DNA of 64,000 nt from Citrobacter freundii (GCA_003243445.1 QFQQ01000018.1:24556-88555); one strand, 5' to 3'. Positions 37,483-49,522 are shown, counted from the stretch's first letter. Numbers and translations: made by a program. The notes: generated by a model not told the origin, from the sequence alone.

Positions 37483-38634
37483 TTATACTTTAATATAGAT
37501 CTTTTTCTTATCCATCCACCAGCATATCAGCCACATAAAGGTGATCACACATAAAGCATACAGCAGCGAACCAAGTCGTGGATCTCCAGGAATATTTACA
37601 AATACTTTTGTATAAAGAAAGTTCCATGGATTCACGCCATTACCAAGCCTTACCAGTCCCAGCGTCTTTGGCATAAATGCGCTCAGTGCAAACACGAACA
37701 GCGCATTTTTCCCAAACACATCGAAGAAACGCGCTAGGCCTCCCCTGATCTGTTTCAGTTCAATAAGATAGATCATCGTGGCGATCGTCACTGTTGCAAG
37801 TCCGGAAGTGTAAATAGTGTAAGAGCTTGTCCAGATCTTTTTGTTGATAGGGAACACCATATCCCAGCAATAACCGGTGATCAGCATGGCAATGCCGGCG
37901 ACAAATAATCCTGTTACCATTTCATAGGTCTTGCCTTTCTGAATAATGTAGCTGCCGGTGATATAGCCGAGTAAAACCTCTGTGATCGCCGGGATCGTGC
38001 TCATCAATCCTTCGGGGTCAAAAGGTCTGCCCTCGCCTTTATACATGTGTGCTACGCCCAGTATGCTTTTGTCTATTGCGGTGCCAAACCAGCCTTCGAG
38101 GCTGAACGGATCCGATGGATTTCCCAATACGCAGAGTACCCAGTATAGCAGTAAAAAGATCAGGCCTGTATAAAATGCTTTGCGTGGTTTCAGATAATAA
38201 GCGATCACGGCCGCGAAAAAATAACAGACAGCGATCCTTTGCAGCACACCAAAGATCCGGACACCACGTGTCGGATCAGCAGGATTGACCCATGGGATGA
38301 AACGCAGCTCGTCTTCCGACCAGCGGAAAAAAGGCCACCAGTTGAGAAAAAGACCGATCAGAAAGATCAGCAAAGTTCTTTTGATCACTTTTTTCCAGAA
38401 CAGGCTGTCGCCGCCCGCTTCCAGTTTCGGCATAACGAATGCCATGGCATTACCCACCGCGAAAAGGAAAAAAGGAAATACAAGATCGGTTGGCGTCAAT
38501 CCATGCCAGGGCGCATGCTCCAAAGGAGGATAGATATGCCCCCAGCTGCCTGGATTATTTACTAAGATCATCAGGCAGACAGTCGCGCCACGGAAAACGT
38601 CGAGCGAATAAAATCGTTGGTTCAAGCTGAGCAA
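37483..38634 (-). CDS. DUF1624/DUF5009 (NagX / heparan-alpha-glucosaminide N-acetyltransferase-like) membrane protein
   Basis: N-terminal SLDVFRGATVCLMILVNNPGSW; polytopic. Confidence 0.7.
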   Translation of the reverse strand: MLSLNQRFYSLDVFRGATVCLMILVNNPGSWGHIYPPLEHAPWHGLTPTDLVFPFFLFAVGNAMAFVMPKLEAGGDSLFWKKVIKRTLLIFLIGLFLNWWPFFRWSEDELRFIPWVNPADPTRGVRIFGVLQRIAVCYFFAAVIAYYLKPRKAFYTGLIFLLLYWVLCVLGNPSDPFSLEGWFGTAIDKSILGVAHMYKGEGRPFDPEGLMSTIPAITEVLLGYITGSYIIQKGKTYEMVTGLFVAGIAMLITGYCWDMVFPINKKIWTSSYTIYTSGLATVTIATMIYLIELKQIRGGLARFFDVFGKNALFVFALSAFMPKTLGLVRLGNGVNPWNFLYTKVFVNIPGDPRLGSLLYALCVITFMWLICWWMDKKKIYIKV

Positions 38635-38771
38635 TTTTTATAAAAGTAACAAGTTGCTATCATACCCACGATTTTTTAGAATCCATACGGGTATCGGGCG
38701 ATATTCACATAAGTTAAAATCACTATCTATTTGTACTCCATCAACAAATCATTCAAAATCTGCCCTTTTTA

Positions 38772-38805
38772 TTGATTTACCAGTCCCAATCTCTACTATA
38801 TTTGT
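38772..38805 (+). promoter_or_regulatory. Candidate Bacteroidota promoter upstream of the capsule locus (-7 box TATATTTG at 38798-38805, TTG about 22 nt upstream) with a long 5' UTR
   Basis: It matches TAnnTTTG. The layout of promoter, long leader and UpxY is typical of Bacteroidota polysaccharide loci. Confidence 0.4.
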
Positions 38806-38855
38806 AATTACAGCGGTAATTTTTTTAACATTTTACCGTTAGTGAGTGCACGAAA

Positions 38856-39416
38856 GTGAACATTGCTCCTGGGAGTGACTTGGCGAAGCTATGCCCGGGA
38901 TATAATAAGATCAAAGCGAACAACTTGACAAGAAAGTGGCTGGCGGTTTACAGCCGTCCAAGGTGGGAGAAAAAAGTCAATCAATTGCTCTTGCAAAAGG
39001 GTCTTGAGAGCTATTGTCCTTTGAATAAAGTAAGACGTAAATGGAGTGACCGGATGAAGATGATCGAGGAGCCACTGTTCAAGTCCTATGTTTTTGTGAA
39101 AGTATCGGATGAGGACCGCACATTGGTGCGGATGACTCCCGGAGTGATCAATTTCGTTTACTGGGAGGGGAAACCGGCTGTGATCAAGGAGAAGGAGATA
39201 CAGGCTATCAAACGTTTCCTCAGTGAATACGAAAATGTGGAAGTTGAAAGTGCCGATATCCGGCCTGAACAGCGTGTGAAAGTGATCTCCGGTCCTTTAA
39301 TGGACCAGGAAGGAAAAGTGGTAAGCGTTCAGCACAAGACTGTGAAGATCGCGATCGACAGCCTCGGCTATGTGCTGGTGGCACATATCGATAAATCAAA
39401 AGTGACATCCGCCTGA
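38856..39416 (+). CDS. UpxY-family NusG-like transcription antiterminator
   Basis: KWLAVYSRPRWEKKV NGN domain and a KOW-like C-terminus. The start may be at 38885. Confidence 0.8.
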   Translation: MNIAPGSDLAKLCPGYNKIKANNLTRKWLAVYSRPRWEKKVNQLLLQKGLESYCPLNKVRRKWSDRMKMIEEPLFKSYVFVKVSDEDRTLVRMTPGVINFVYWEGKPAVIKEKEIQAIKRFLSEYENVEVESADIRPEQRVKVISGPLMDQEGKVVSVQHKTVKIAIDSLGYVLVAHIDKSKVTSA

Positions 39417-39555
39417 TACATCATGGCGGCATGGCTGCTGTGCATTCGATCAGATGAAGACTATTCTCAAATTTGAAAATCTTAGCAAATTGTTCGCGGG
39501 TTTTAAGCCATCGGACAACTTTCCGAACTACCTGACTTAAACATAACCAAGATTC

Positions 39556-40374
39556 ATGAAATTCATCCGCTTTCTGCTGCCGGTATTCCTCTATCTCGCT
39601 TTCACTTCCTGTGGTACTCAGCAAAAAATGGCCAATTATCTTCAGAATACCACTGACACCAGTGGAAAACAGGTTTACCAGATCCCTGATCTGAAGATCC
39701 AGAAAAATGACATGCTTTCCATCCAGGTTTACAGCGCCAGCACAAAACCTGAAATTTCAGATGCATTATATAACCTCCCGGTTTCGTCTTCTCCCGGCTC
39801 TTCTTCAACAATTGCAGGTGCCAAAAGCACAGGCGGCTCAGGCTCAGCTGCGCCGGGCCTCCTTGTAGATAATAACGGTAATATCGAGTATCCCAGGATC
39901 GGTATACTGCATGTAGAGGGCCTTACCAAGGCCGAATTGGGTGAAATGATCAAAAGAAAGATCAATGAAAAGGATTCGGTGCTTACCAATCCTTCTGTTA
40001 TTGTTCGTTTTCAGAACCTGAAGATCACGGTACTGGGTGAAGTCAAAAGCCCCGGCATGATCAGTTTTCCGGGTGAACGGATGACCATTCTCGAAGCCCT
40101 TGGCCTCGCCGGAGATGTCACCGATTATGGATTGAAAGATAAAGTAAAAGTGATCCGTGAGAACAACGGTCAGCGGGAAACGGGCACTATAGACCTGTCA
40201 GATAAAAAATTGTTCGACTCCCCCTATTATAACCTGTTGCAGAATGATGTAGTGCTCGTAGAAGCTACGCCTCAAAAGGCGAAAAGAGCCGACCAGGAAG
40301 TTGCCCTGCGCAGGGTTGGTTTTATCGTAAGCATTGTAACAGCTGTAGCTGTTGTGGCGCAGCTTTTCAGATGA
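39556..40374 (+). CDS. Polysaccharide export protein (Wza/BexD-like, Poly_export plus SLBB)
   Basis: Signal peptide and the NLKITVLGEVKSPG motif. Confidence 0.8.
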   Translation: MKFIRFLLPVFLYLAFTSCGTQQKMANYLQNTTDTSGKQVYQIPDLKIQKNDMLSIQVYSASTKPEISDALYNLPVSSSPGSSSTIAGAKSTGGSGSAAPGLLVDNNGNIEYPRIGILHVEGLTKAELGEMIKRKINEKDSVLTNPSVIVRFQNLKITVLGEVKSPGMISFPGERMTILEALGLAGDVTDYGLKDKVKVIRENNGQRETGTIDLSDKKLFDSPYYNLLQNDVVLVEATPQKAKRADQEVALRRVGFIVSIVTAVAVVAQLFR

Positions 40375-40408
40375 TCTGATCTAAAAAAATCGCAATTAAA
40401 TTAGGCTA

Positions 40409-42811
40409 ATGGAAGATTTTAAGCCGGGAAATGATAACAAACAGGATCTGCAGACCCTGGGCGTAAGGGATTTATTTTATAAATATCTCCGCTTCCTGCC
40501 CGTATTTGTCTTGGCGGTCGCCATCGCATTGCTTGGCGCATTTTCATATTTGCGCTATGCAACCAGCATTTACAGTGCTTCGGGTTCATTGTTGATCAAA
40601 AGCAACCAGACAAGCTCCGGTCCGGATGACAGGATCGAAAATATCCTGTCCGGCGGCAATCGTGACCATAATATTCAGAATGAGATCGAGATATTGAAAT
40701 CACTTCCGTTGATGACACGTGTCGTTAACCGGCTGGGATTGCAGCTCAGCTATATTTCCGAAGGCCGTGTGAAGGATATGAATGCCTACGGCATCGCGCC
40801 ATTTATATTCGATTTTATTAACTGGCCCGATGAGAAATCGCAGTTTTCGGTCACGATCAAATTCGTGAATGCAGATCAGTTCTCGATCGGCGAATCAGCA
40901 ACGCTTTTCAATTTCGGCCAGGTAGCCGAGTATGGCGACTACCGTTTTAAACTCAGAAAGAAATCGCCGATCAATCCCGGTTCTGTCTATGTGGTAAACT
41001 GGCGGGCCGCCGAGGTCGTAGCCCGCGAACTGATCAGCAATCTGAAGGTTTTTCCCAAAACGCCGGGTACAGATCTTATCAATGTGAACCTGGAAGCAAC
41101 GAGCGGCAGGCTTGCTTCCGATGTTGTCAACTCGCTGATGATCCAGTATGATTCCATGACGGTTGAGCAAAACAATTATTCGGCGGACCAGATGATCGGA
41201 TTTATTGATGGCCGGCTTGATAAACTGAAAAAAGAGATCGATAGCCTGCAAGTGATCGAGCTCAACTTCCGGCAGCGTGAAAATCTTTTCGATATCAACC
41301 TTCAGTCGGAAAACTACTTTACCAAACTCGCCGATGTTGATAAAGCAGTGACCGAACAGGAACTGCGTATCAATACCGTTGCCAATGTGGACGCGTACGT
41401 CCGCGATAAACAGAACAGGTACAATAACGTCGTCCCTTCCGCACTTGGGCTGGAAGATGTAACATTGAATGAGCTCGTCATCAATTATAACAAAGCGCAG
41501 CTCGACAGGCAAATACTGCTCAATTCAAATATCCCGCCTGATAATCCTTCCGTAAAAGAAGCGGATGAGATTATTGAAAAGCAACGGGAGAACCTGGTTG
41601 AAAATCTCCGCAACCTGAAAGGCGCTTATGCAAGTACAGCGGATAAACTCAGAAATAACATCAACCTTCAGCAGGGTCAATTGAAGGCAATGCCCGAGAA
41701 GGTCAAAGAACTGGTGGAGATACAGCGTCAGATCTCTACTAAAGTGGCCTTGTATGGCTTGCTCGAAGGCAAACGTGAAGAAACCGCCATCGGACGGGCT
41801 TCCACTATTTCCAATTCAACGATCGTTGAAAAAGCATCAGCATCGCAGATACCGGTAAAACCCAATAAACGAGTCATCCAGATACTCGCGGTGGTCGCAG
41901 GCCTCGTTCTGCCAGCCCTTTTTATTTTCGTTGCTGAACTGCTGAATGATAAGATCACGACCAGGCATGATGTTGAAAAGGGAACAGCAGCTCCGATCCT
42001 TGGAGAAATAGGCCATTCCTTCTCGGAGAATACTGCGATCGTAAACCGGACTTCCAGGGGAATGGTGAGCGAGCAATTCCGGATCATCCGGTCCAACCTT
42101 CAATATATCATCACCAATGTTAAGAAGCCGGTCATACTCATTACGTCTTCCTTCAGCGGAGAAGGTAAGTCTTTTGTCAGTACCAATATGGCCGCGGTAA
42201 TGGCGCTGACCGGTAAGAAAACTGTGCTGCTTGAATTTGATATCCGCAAGCCAAAGATCCTGTCCGGTCTGAAAATGCAAAAGCTTCCGGGGATCTCCAA
42301 TTTTTTGCTGGGTAAAGCAGAGCTAAAGGATCTCATCGTTCCGGCGCCGGATTGTGAGAATCTGTACATTCTTCCCTGCGGTCCTATCCCGCCCAATCCT
42401 TCCGAATTGCTTCTTGATCCCAAAGTGACGGAAATGTTCAACTGGCTCCGGGAAAATTACGATGTAGTAGTGATCGATACCGCACCTGTTGGAATGGTAA
42501 GTGATGCAATGACGCTGGGCAAGTTTGCTGACTGTACACTTTATCTGGTGAGACAACGTCACACGTTCAAGAAACAGATCCTGCTGATCGATGAATTATA
42601 TCGCGAAAAGAAACTTCCGAAGATCTCTGTTATAGTAAATGATGTGAAACTGAAAGTGGGATATGGTTATTATGGCTATGGCCGGTATGGGTATGGCTAC
42701 GGCTACGGAGAAAAGAGTGGGTATTACGATGATGAAGCTGAAAACAAGCCATTCATGAAGAAATTCCTTTTCGCACTAAACCCGCGGAACTGGTTCCGCA
42801 AAAAAGACTGA
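40409..42811 (+). CDS. Wzc-like polysaccharide co-polymerase / BY-kinase with Tyr-rich tail
   Basis: Wzz domain, Walker A SGEGKSFVSTN, C-terminal YGYYGYGRYGYGYGYG. Confidence 0.8.
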   Translation: MEDFKPGNDNKQDLQTLGVRDLFYKYLRFLPVFVLAVAIALLGAFSYLRYATSIYSASGSLLIKSNQTSSGPDDRIENILSGGNRDHNIQNEIEILKSLPLMTRVVNRLGLQLSYISEGRVKDMNAYGIAPFIFDFINWPDEKSQFSVTIKFVNADQFSIGESATLFNFGQVAEYGDYRFKLRKKSPINPGSVYVVNWRAAEVVARELISNLKVFPKTPGTDLINVNLEATSGRLASDVVNSLMIQYDSMTVEQNNYSADQMIGFIDGRLDKLKKEIDSLQVIELNFRQRENLFDINLQSENYFTKLADVDKAVTEQELRINTVANVDAYVRDKQNRYNNVVPSALGLEDVTLNELVINYNKAQLDRQILLNSNIPPDNPSVKEADEIIEKQRENLVENLRNLKGAYASTADKLRNNINLQQGQLKAMPEKVKELVEIQRQISTKVALYGLLEGKREETAIGRASTISNSTIVEKASASQIPVKPNKRVIQILAVVAGLVLPALFIFVAELLNDKITTRHDVEKGTAAPILGEIGHSFSENTAIVNRTSRGMVSEQFRIIRSNLQYIITNVKKPVILITSSFSGEGKSFVSTNMAAVMALTGKKTVLLEFDIRKPKILSGLKMQKLPGISNFLLGKAELKDLIVPAPDCENLYILPCGPIPPNPSELLLDPKVTEMFNWLRENYDVVVIDTAPVGMVSDAMTLGKFADCTLYLVRQRHTFKKQILLIDELYREKKLPKISVIVNDVKLKVGYGYYGYGRYGYGYGYGEKSGYYDDEAENKPFMKKFLFALNPRNWFRKKD

Positions 42812-42817
42812 TCATAT

Positions 42818-43771
42818 ATGCGTATTCTTATAACGGGTGGTGCAGGTTTTATCGGATCCAATCTAACAGAAACCTTGCTCGCCGATCCCCGTGTAAGCTT
42901 TGTCCGTGTGCTGGATAACCTGGCGACAGGTTCGTTATCAAACCTGGATTCATTCCGCAATGATCCGAAGTTCGGGTTTATGGAAGGAGATATCCGCGAC
43001 TATAACACCTGCCTGGCTGCTTGTGAAGGTATCGACCGGATCTCCCATCAGGCCGCCCTCGGTTCGGTGCCCCGTTCCATAAAAGATCCGCTGACCACTA
43101 ACGACGTGAACATCACCGGCACGCTGAATATCTTTACTGCTGCAAAAGAAAAAGGTATAAGTCGTGTTGTATTTGCCGCAAGTTCATCCACCTATGGAGA
43201 TCATCCCGGGCTGCCCAAACAGGAAGACCTGATCGGTAATCCGCTGTCTCCCTATGCCGTCACCAAATATGTGAACGAGCTGTATGCGCGCGTGTACAGC
43301 AGTGTATACGGTCTGGAGTATATCGGGCTTAGATACTTTAACATCTTCGGCCCGAGACAAAATCCCAATGGGCCTTATGCAGCCGTGATCCCCCTTTTTG
43401 CAGAAGCTGTTATTACAGGCAATCCGCCAACGATCAATGGCGACGGCTCTCACAGCCGCGATTTTACTTATGTTGCAAACGCAGTTTCAGCAAATGTTCT
43501 TTCACTTTTCAGCGACGACAGTGCCGCTGTTAATCAGGTATACAATATCGCCTGCGGCGAACAGACCACTTTGTTGCAATTGTTTAACATACTGAATGCT
43601 GAAGCAGGCAGTAATTTGCGGCCGCTGTTCGGACCGGAAAGAGCCGGCGATGTAAGACACAGCCTTGCGGACATCAGTAAGGCAACAGCATTGCTGGGTT
43701 ACAAACCGGTCGTAACGATAGCAGAAGGTCTCAAAAAGACGCTTGCCTGGTATATGAATTCAGGTAAATAA
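42818..43771 (+). CDS. NAD-dependent sugar epimerase/dehydratase (UDP-GlcNAc/GalNAc 4-epimerase-like SDR)
   Basis: GGAGFIGSNL Rossmann motif and catalytic YAVTK. Confidence 0.8.
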   Translation: MRILITGGAGFIGSNLTETLLADPRVSFVRVLDNLATGSLSNLDSFRNDPKFGFMEGDIRDYNTCLAACEGIDRISHQAALGSVPRSIKDPLTTNDVNITGTLNIFTAAKEKGISRVVFAASSSTYGDHPGLPKQEDLIGNPLSPYAVTKYVNELYARVYSSVYGLEYIGLRYFNIFGPRQNPNGPYAAVIPLFAEAVITGNPPTINGDGSHSRDFTYVANAVSANVLSLFSDDSAAVNQVYNIACGEQTTLLQLFNILNAEAGSNLRPLFGPERAGDVRHSLADISKATALLGYKPVVTIAEGLKKTLAWYMNSGK

Positions 43772-43813
43772 ACCTACATTAACCATTAACCATACTTATT
43801 AAAGTTCTCAGCC

Positions 43814-44869
43814 ATGAGCAAATCAATCGTCATCACCGGCGGCGCAGGTTTCATCGGATCGCATGTTGTCCGCCTGTTTGTGACCAAATACCCGGATTAC
43901 AAGATCATCAACCTGGATGCATTGACCTATGCAGGCAATCTCGAAAACCTCCGCGATATTGAAAGATCACCCAATTATACGTTTGAAAAAGTAAACATCC
44001 TGGACCCGGCAGAGATCGGACGCTTATTCGATACTTACAAGCCTGACGGTGTAATACACCTGGCAGCAGAAAGCCACGTCGACCGTTCCATCCTTTCGCC
44101 GCTTGACTTTGTGTACACTAACGTGATCGGCACAGTGAACCTGCTGAATGCGGCAAAAGAGGCATGGAAAGATGACTATACCGGAAAAAGATTTTATCAC
44201 GTGTCAACGGATGAAGTATACGGAGCACTTGGCGAAACAGGATTCTTTACAGAGGACACAAAATATGATCCACATTCTCCGTATAGTGCTTCCAAGGCTT
44301 CAAGTGATCATTTCGTAAGGGCTTATCATGACACATACGGTCTGCCGGTAGTGGTAAGCAATTGTTCAAACAATTACGGCCCTAACCATTTTCCTGAAAA
44401 GCTCATCCCTCTTTTTATCAATAATATCATTCAGAAAAAACCACTGCCGGTATACGGTGATGGTTTGTACACAAGGGACTGGTTGTTTGTAAAAGATCAT
44501 GCTTCAGCGATCGACCTGGTCTTTCACAATGGGAAAAACGGCGATACTTACAATATTGGAGGTTTCAACGAATGGAGAAATATTGATCTCGTGAAATTGT
44601 TGTGTAAACAAATGGATGCAAAACTAGGACGTGAACCGGGCGAGAGCGAACAACTCATCACTTATGTAAAAGACAGACCGGGGCATGATCGCCGATATGC
44701 CATCGATGCGACCAAGATCAACAAGGAACTCGGATGGTACCCGTCTGTTACATTCGAACAGGGATTGCAGCAAACCATCGATTGGTATTTTGATAATAAA
44801 GAATGGCTGAACCATGTAACGAGTGGCGCTTATCAGCATTATTACGACCAACAATATTCAAAAAGATAA
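43814..44869 (+). CDS. rfbB: dTDP-glucose 4,6-dehydratase
   Basis: GGAGFIGSH and YSASKASSDH motifs. Confidence 0.9.
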   Translation: MSKSIVITGGAGFIGSHVVRLFVTKYPDYKIINLDALTYAGNLENLRDIERSPNYTFEKVNILDPAEIGRLFDTYKPDGVIHLAAESHVDRSILSPLDFVYTNVIGTVNLLNAAKEAWKDDYTGKRFYHVSTDEVYGALGETGFFTEDTKYDPHSPYSASKASSDHFVRAYHDTYGLPVVVSNCSNNYGPNHFPEKLIPLFINNIIQKKPLPVYGDGLYTRDWLFVKDHASAIDLVFHNGKNGDTYNIGGFNEWRNIDLVKLLCKQMDAKLGREPGESEQLITYVKDRPGHDRRYAIDATKINKELGWYPSVTFEQGLQQTIDWYFDNKEWLNHVTSGAYQHYYDQQYSKR

Positions 44870-44872
44870 TCT

Positions 44873-45745
44873 ATGAAAGGAATAATTCTGGCAGGCGGAT
44901 CAGGTACACGGTTGTATCCGATAACCAAGGCTATTTCCAAACAATTGATGCCGATCTATGACAAGCCGATGATCTATTATCCGCTTTCCACATTATTGAT
45001 GGCCGGCATTCGTGAAGTGCTGATCATTACCACACCGGAAGATAATGCGGCGTTTAAACGTTTGCTGGGAGATGGAAGTCAGCTCGGATGTGATTTTCAA
45101 TATGCAACACAGGAAGTGCCGAACGGTCTGGCTCAGGCTTTTGTGATCGGTGCGGATTTCGTAGGAAAGGAAAAAGTGGCACTCGTGCTTGGAGATAATA
45201 TTTTTTATGGCACCGGTCTCGGTCAGCAATTAAAAAGCCTTGCCGATATAGAAGGCGGCTACGTATTTGCATACCATGTTTCAGACCCTGAAAGATATGG
45301 TGTGGTGGAATTCGACAAGAATATGAACGCAGTTTCGATTGAAGAAAAACCAACTGCGCCAAAATCGAATTTTGCAGTACCCGGCTTATATTTTTATGAC
45401 AACGAGGTGATCAATATTGCCGCTTCACTGAAGCCATCAGCGAGGGGGGAATATGAGATCACGGATGTGAACCGCGAATATCTTCGCCAGGGAAAATTAA
45501 AAGTAGCCATGCTTGATCGTGGTACCGCATGGCTTGATACCGGCACTTTCGATTCTCTGAGCGATGCAAGCGAATTTGTAAGAGTGATCGAAAAAAGACA
45601 GGGCACAAAGATCGGCTGCATTGAAGAGATCGTTTACAGAAATGGCTTTATCAGTAAAGAAAGATTATTGGAAATCGCAGACTCCCTCCGGAAAAGCGGT
45701 TATGGTGAATACCTGAAAAGCTTAATTGCCAAATACGAATTGTGA
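44873..45745 (+). CDS. rfbA: Glucose-1-phosphate thymidylyltransferase
   Basis: N-terminal [16 protein letters not shown]. Confidence 0.9.
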   Translation: MKGIILAGGSGTRLYPITKAISKQLMPIYDKPMIYYPLSTLLMAGIREVLIITTPEDNAAFKRLLGDGSQLGCDFQYATQEVPNGLAQAFVIGADFVGKEKVALVLGDNIFYGTGLGQQLKSLADIEGGYVFAYHVSDPERYGVVEFDKNMNAVSIEEKPTAPKSNFAVPGLYFYDNEVINIAASLKPSARGEYEITDVNREYLRQGKLKVAMLDRGTAWLDTGTFDSLSDASEFVRVIEKRQGTKIGCIEEIVYRNGFISKERLLEIADSLRKSGYGEYLKSLIAKYEL

Positions 45746-48192
45746 AGATTCTCATCGCGGGATTGATATACTGGCTTGGCAGTATCTTACAACTCAGTGC
45801 GCAGTCTGTAATGATCTATGCAGACACGGCTCGCGGGGATACGCTTAAGAAGATCATATCGATCCTGAGCAGTGAGCTGAAAAAAAGCCCGGGCATCGGG
45901 ACAGTGAGCATTGCTTCAGCAAAGAATTATAAAGGCACAGGTATTTTTATCTCTACGGCATCAGGCAGCCCCGCAGATGCTGTGCGGCTGAAGAAAAAAA
46001 GTATTGAAAGCTTTTCTGTTGTTGCCAATGGCCAGACAGTGAAAATACTGGGCAATTGCCAGATGGCGATCGGCCACGGGGTCTTCACCTGGCTGGAATC
46101 ACTTGGCTACCGTTATTATTTCGCCAACTCCGATTGGTACATCACTCCCGCCGGCGTAAAACTTTATTCTCCACTCAACCTGGTATCCTCTCCGTCTTTT
46201 GACCATAGAAAGATCTGGTATGGATACGGCACGGGTTCGGACAAAGCGGATAAAGATTATTTTTTCTGGGTGCTCGCCAATAAACTAGGTGGTGCAATGA
46301 ACGCCTCGTTCGGACATTCATACGGCAATATCATCGCCCGTAATAAAAGCAGTTTCCAGCAACATCCTGAATGGTTTTATCCCCCCGCACAGAACGGAAC
46401 AGTTCCCGCAGACGGGAAATTTGATATGTCACGCGAAGGACTTGTTCAACTGGTAATAAAAGACGCGGAAGACCAGATACAGGCATCATTGCGTAACAAT
46501 ACGCCCGCCTATAAGATGATCTCTGTTGCTCCTTCCGATGATATAGGTACCTGCAATTCACCCGCATGTCAGCAGCTTGGAAGTATTACAGACAGGGTTT
46601 TTTACCTTGTCAACCGCGTGGCTGCCGCACTCCGCCAGAAATATCCATCCACACTGTTCGGATGTATGGCTTATAGCGAATATAGTGAGCCACCAACCCG
46701 CAGGCTTGAGCCAAATGTTTTTGTGGCTGTTACCACCGCCTTCAATAACAGCGCCTATTCCACACCGCAACTGATCGAAAAATGGCGGGCCAAAGGCGCG
46801 ATCGTCGGCCTCTATGATTATTTCAGTTGGTATATGTGGGATCATGACCTTCCCGGGCAAAGCCTGGTGAGCCGGACCACTGAGATGGCTGAGAATATAA
46901 AAAAATATCACCGGTTAGGACTGAAAGCATATGATGCCGAGTCTTCTATCGGCTGGATCAGTAAAGGACTTGGTTATTATATCGCTGCGAAACTGATGTG
47001 GGATGTTTCAGCAGATGTAAATAAAATAAAACAGGAGTTTTTCGATCGCTGTTTCAAAAAAGCAAGTGAACCCATGAAGCAGCTTTGGAATGATTGGGAA
47101 AACTATTCCGCAGCAATGGTCCGGGAGTCATCACTTGCTGAATGGATGGACCTCGTTGCAAAAGCTGAAATTCTCGAAACAGACCAGGCGGTGCTGAAAC
47201 GTTTGCTCCAGGTAAAATCCTACCTGCACTATCTTTTTCTCTACAGGGTATATGAGGATCAGAAGAACGAACAAAACCTGCTGGCGCTTCTCAACTACGG
47301 ATACCGGAAACTGGATGAGGGTTCCGTATCCGGTTATCCCGCCTTCTTTGTACTCGGAGCCCGTTCCGGTATCAACGGAATGGGGTTCACGCCGGATGCA
47401 AAATGGCGGAAGAATAATACGCCTGTGTCAGACCAGGAAATGAACAGTTTGATCAGGAATGACAGAAACCAACTGCAAACAAGGCCTTCCGTAAAACTTG
47501 TGGCCGCCGCTTCCAGGTTCAAAACAGTTCCCGCTGTCAGCAGCTATCCCCGTTCCATGATGGATAGCGCTAATGTTAATAACGCATTCTGGATGTTCCA
47601 GGAATTTGTAATCGAGGTCAAAAAGAAATCAGCAGGCAATTATATTGAACTGACCGGTGATTATATCGGCAATCCAGATAATAAAAAGCCGATCACACTA
47701 AAGATATATCAATACAGACAGGATGGAAATTTTTCAGGTCAGCCTGTTTTACTGTCATATGATTACAGATCGGCGCTGGTAAAAGAGAAGATCAGTCTGG
47801 CGACGCTTGCACCCGGTTATTACTCGGTAGTTGTGACTGATCCTACAAAAATATTCAAGATCGATTTCAGCACTCCCCTTAATTACAGTGCTGTGGCGAG
47901 ACCGGGCAACCCGATCAGGTCCAAAACACTTGGATATGCGTTTATCTATGTTCCCGCAGGAGTGTCTCATTTCAACCTGTTGAAAAATCATATACTTGAA
48001 TTAATGACGCCAACCGGCCGGCAGCTCAGCTTCAAAGCAGGCAAAGAAGAAGATATTCAGATCCAGGTACAGAAGGGTGAAGCCGGTCTCTGGAGGATCA
48101 GGTCATTATATGAAAATCTGCAGATGGAAGGCATTCCTCCCTATCTCGGCATATCACCCGAAAGAATGCTGATCCCCGCTGAAGCCAATTAA
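45742..48192 (+). CDS. Large secreted hypothetical protein (816 aa), possibly glycoside-hydrolase-like
   Basis: Signal peptide. The GTG start overlaps the rfbA stop (GTGA). No firm family assignment. Confidence 0.45.
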   Translation: MKILIAGLIYWLGSILQLSAQSVMIYADTARGDTLKKIISILSSELKKSPGIGTVSIASAKNYKGTGIFISTASGSPADAVRLKKKSIESFSVVANGQTVKILGNCQMAIGHGVFTWLESLGYRYYFANSDWYITPAGVKLYSPLNLVSSPSFDHRKIWYGYGTGSDKADKDYFFWVLANKLGGAMNASFGHSYGNIIARNKSSFQQHPEWFYPPAQNGTVPADGKFDMSREGLVQLVIKDAEDQIQASLRNNTPAYKMISVAPSDDIGTCNSPACQQLGSITDRVFYLVNRVAAALRQKYPSTLFGCMAYSEYSEPPTRRLEPNVFVAVTTAFNNSAYSTPQLIEKWRAKGAIVGLYDYFSWYMWDHDLPGQSLVSRTTEMAENIKKYHRLGLKAYDAESSIGWISKGLGYYIAAKLMWDVSADVNKIKQEFFDRCFKKASEPMKQLWNDWENYSAAMVRESSLAEWMDLVAKAEILETDQAVLKRLLQVKSYLHYLFLYRVYEDQKNEQNLLALLNYGYRKLDEGSVSGYPAFFVLGARSGINGMGFTPDAKWRKNNTPVSDQEMNSLIRNDRNQLQTRPSVKLVAAASRFKTVPAVSSYPRSMMDSANVNNAFWMFQEFVIEVKKKSAGNYIELTGDYIGNPDNKKPITLKIYQYRQDGNFSGQPVLLSYDYRSALVKEKISLATLAPGYYSVVVTDPTKIFKIDFSTPLNYSAVARPGNPIRSKTLGYAFIYVPAGVSHFNLLKNHILELMTPTGRQLSFKAGKEEDIQIQVQKGEAGLWRIRSLYENLQMEGIPPYLGISPERMLIPAEAN

Positions 48193-48211
48193 TGTCATAC
48201 CGAACACTCCC

Positions 48212-49522
48212 ATGAAAACCGCGACCTGGAAAGCAACTCTGTTAAACAAGCTGAAAAGCGGATCGGTCCGTCACGTAGGCTTGTACACTGCGGGAGCCGT
48301 TATTTCAAAAGGGATCTCTTTCCTCGCGCTGCCATTCTTTACTTTTTATATCTCTGAATCGGGCTTTGGTATCCTGGCATTGATCACAAACTCCGTATTG
48401 TTGCTGAATAGTTTCATTCTTTTCAGCACCAATATCACACTCAATGCGGCCTATTTTAACGATGATAAAGAACGGTATAAAAATCTTTTCACCTCGTTCC
48501 TCGTATATGTGAGCGGAGCTACACTTATTTCCGCAGGCATTATTGCGATATTTTTCGAACCGTTGCAACGTAATTTCGGATTTCAGTGGTATTACATATT
48601 CCTGCTGCCATTGCTGACCTTTTTCAATTTCTTTGTAGAGCAGCTTAATAATTTCCTGCGATTGCGGCATGAGTCAATTACTTTTTTTATCAGTAATGTA
48701 TTGAAAGCCGCTATTGAGATCGGCCTGGCCGTTTTCCTGCTGTATTTTTTCCGGAATGACTATTATGCGAGGATCATTTCAATCAGTGTTTCAGCGTTTT
48801 TGTTTACGATATATGCCTTCTATTACTTTTTTGTGAAGATGGATCTCCGGGGAAAATTCCAGTTCTCGTTTATCCGCAATGAATTTGCATTTGGCGTTTC
48901 CATAATGATCATGCAGCTTGCTAATTTTCTGATGGGATCTTCAGACAAATTTTTTGTCAAATATTTTTACACAAATGATCTTACCGGCATTTATAATATC
49001 GCTTCCACCCTGGCAGGGGTGTTATTCATCTTTTCTTCGGCAATGAGCTCTTATCTGATGCCAAATATGTATTCGGCATTTGCACAACCTTCAATGGACA
49101 GAGTGGCTGTTGTAAAACGCTACTTCTTTAAATATATGATAGCGATCATTGGAGCCGCAATGCTGGTGTTTATTGGTGGAACAGTTACCTATTTCTATCT
49201 GGTAAAGAAGACATACCTGATCGGATACTCTTCCTTCTGTCTTCTCCTGGTGGGCAATATTTTCTATTCAGTTGGAGTGTTTCTTTACCCGGTGTTATGG
49301 TATTACCGGGCTAAAAGAAAACTGGTCGGCGTGGCTGCTGTTTCTATTGCGACAGGCGGCACGCTTTTTTTTGTGCTTACAAAATATTATTCCATCCGCG
49401 GAACGGCACTGGCAATGTTACTTTGTTACCTGATCGTTGGCACATATGTATTCCAGCTAACAATCAAATTATTAAAGAAGTCAGCTGTGCCCCAACCGCT
49501 GACAACTGAAGTGATCCCCTGA
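48212..49522 (+). CDS. Wzx-type oligosaccharide flippase (MOP superfamily)
   Basis: About 12-14 TM, 436 aa, with the usual position in the locus. Confidence 0.75.
   Translation: MKTATWKATLLNKLKSGSVRHVGLYTAGAVISKGISFLALPFFTFYISESGFGILALITNSVLLLNSFILFSTNITLNAAYFNDDKERYKNLFTSFLVYVSGATLISAGIIAIFFEPLQRNFGFQWYYIFLLPLLTFFNFFVEQLNNFLRLRHESITFFISNVLKAAIEIGLAVFLLYFFRNDYYARIISISVSAFLFTIYAFYYFFVKMDLRGKFQFSFIRNEFAFGVSIMIMQLANFLMGSSDKFFVKYFYTNDLTGIYNIASTLAGVLFIFSSAMSSYLMPNMYSAFAQPSMDRVAVVKRYFFKYMIAIIGAAMLVFIGGTVTYFYLVKKTYLIGYSSFCLLLVGNIFYSVGVFLYPVLWYYRAKRKLVGVAAVSIATGGTLFFVLTKYYSIRGTALAMLLCYLIVGTYVFQLTIKLLKKSAVPQPLTTEVIP

Noticed and set aside
40895-41512. 205-aa minus ORF inside wzc
   Set aside because: It is antisense to a Walker-motif-bearing BY-kinase gene.
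42640-42720. Low-complexity TATGG/TACGG DNA repeat
   Set aside because: It encodes the tyrosine-rich YGYGYG autophosphorylation tail expected of a Wzc BY-kinase. It is not an independent repeat element.
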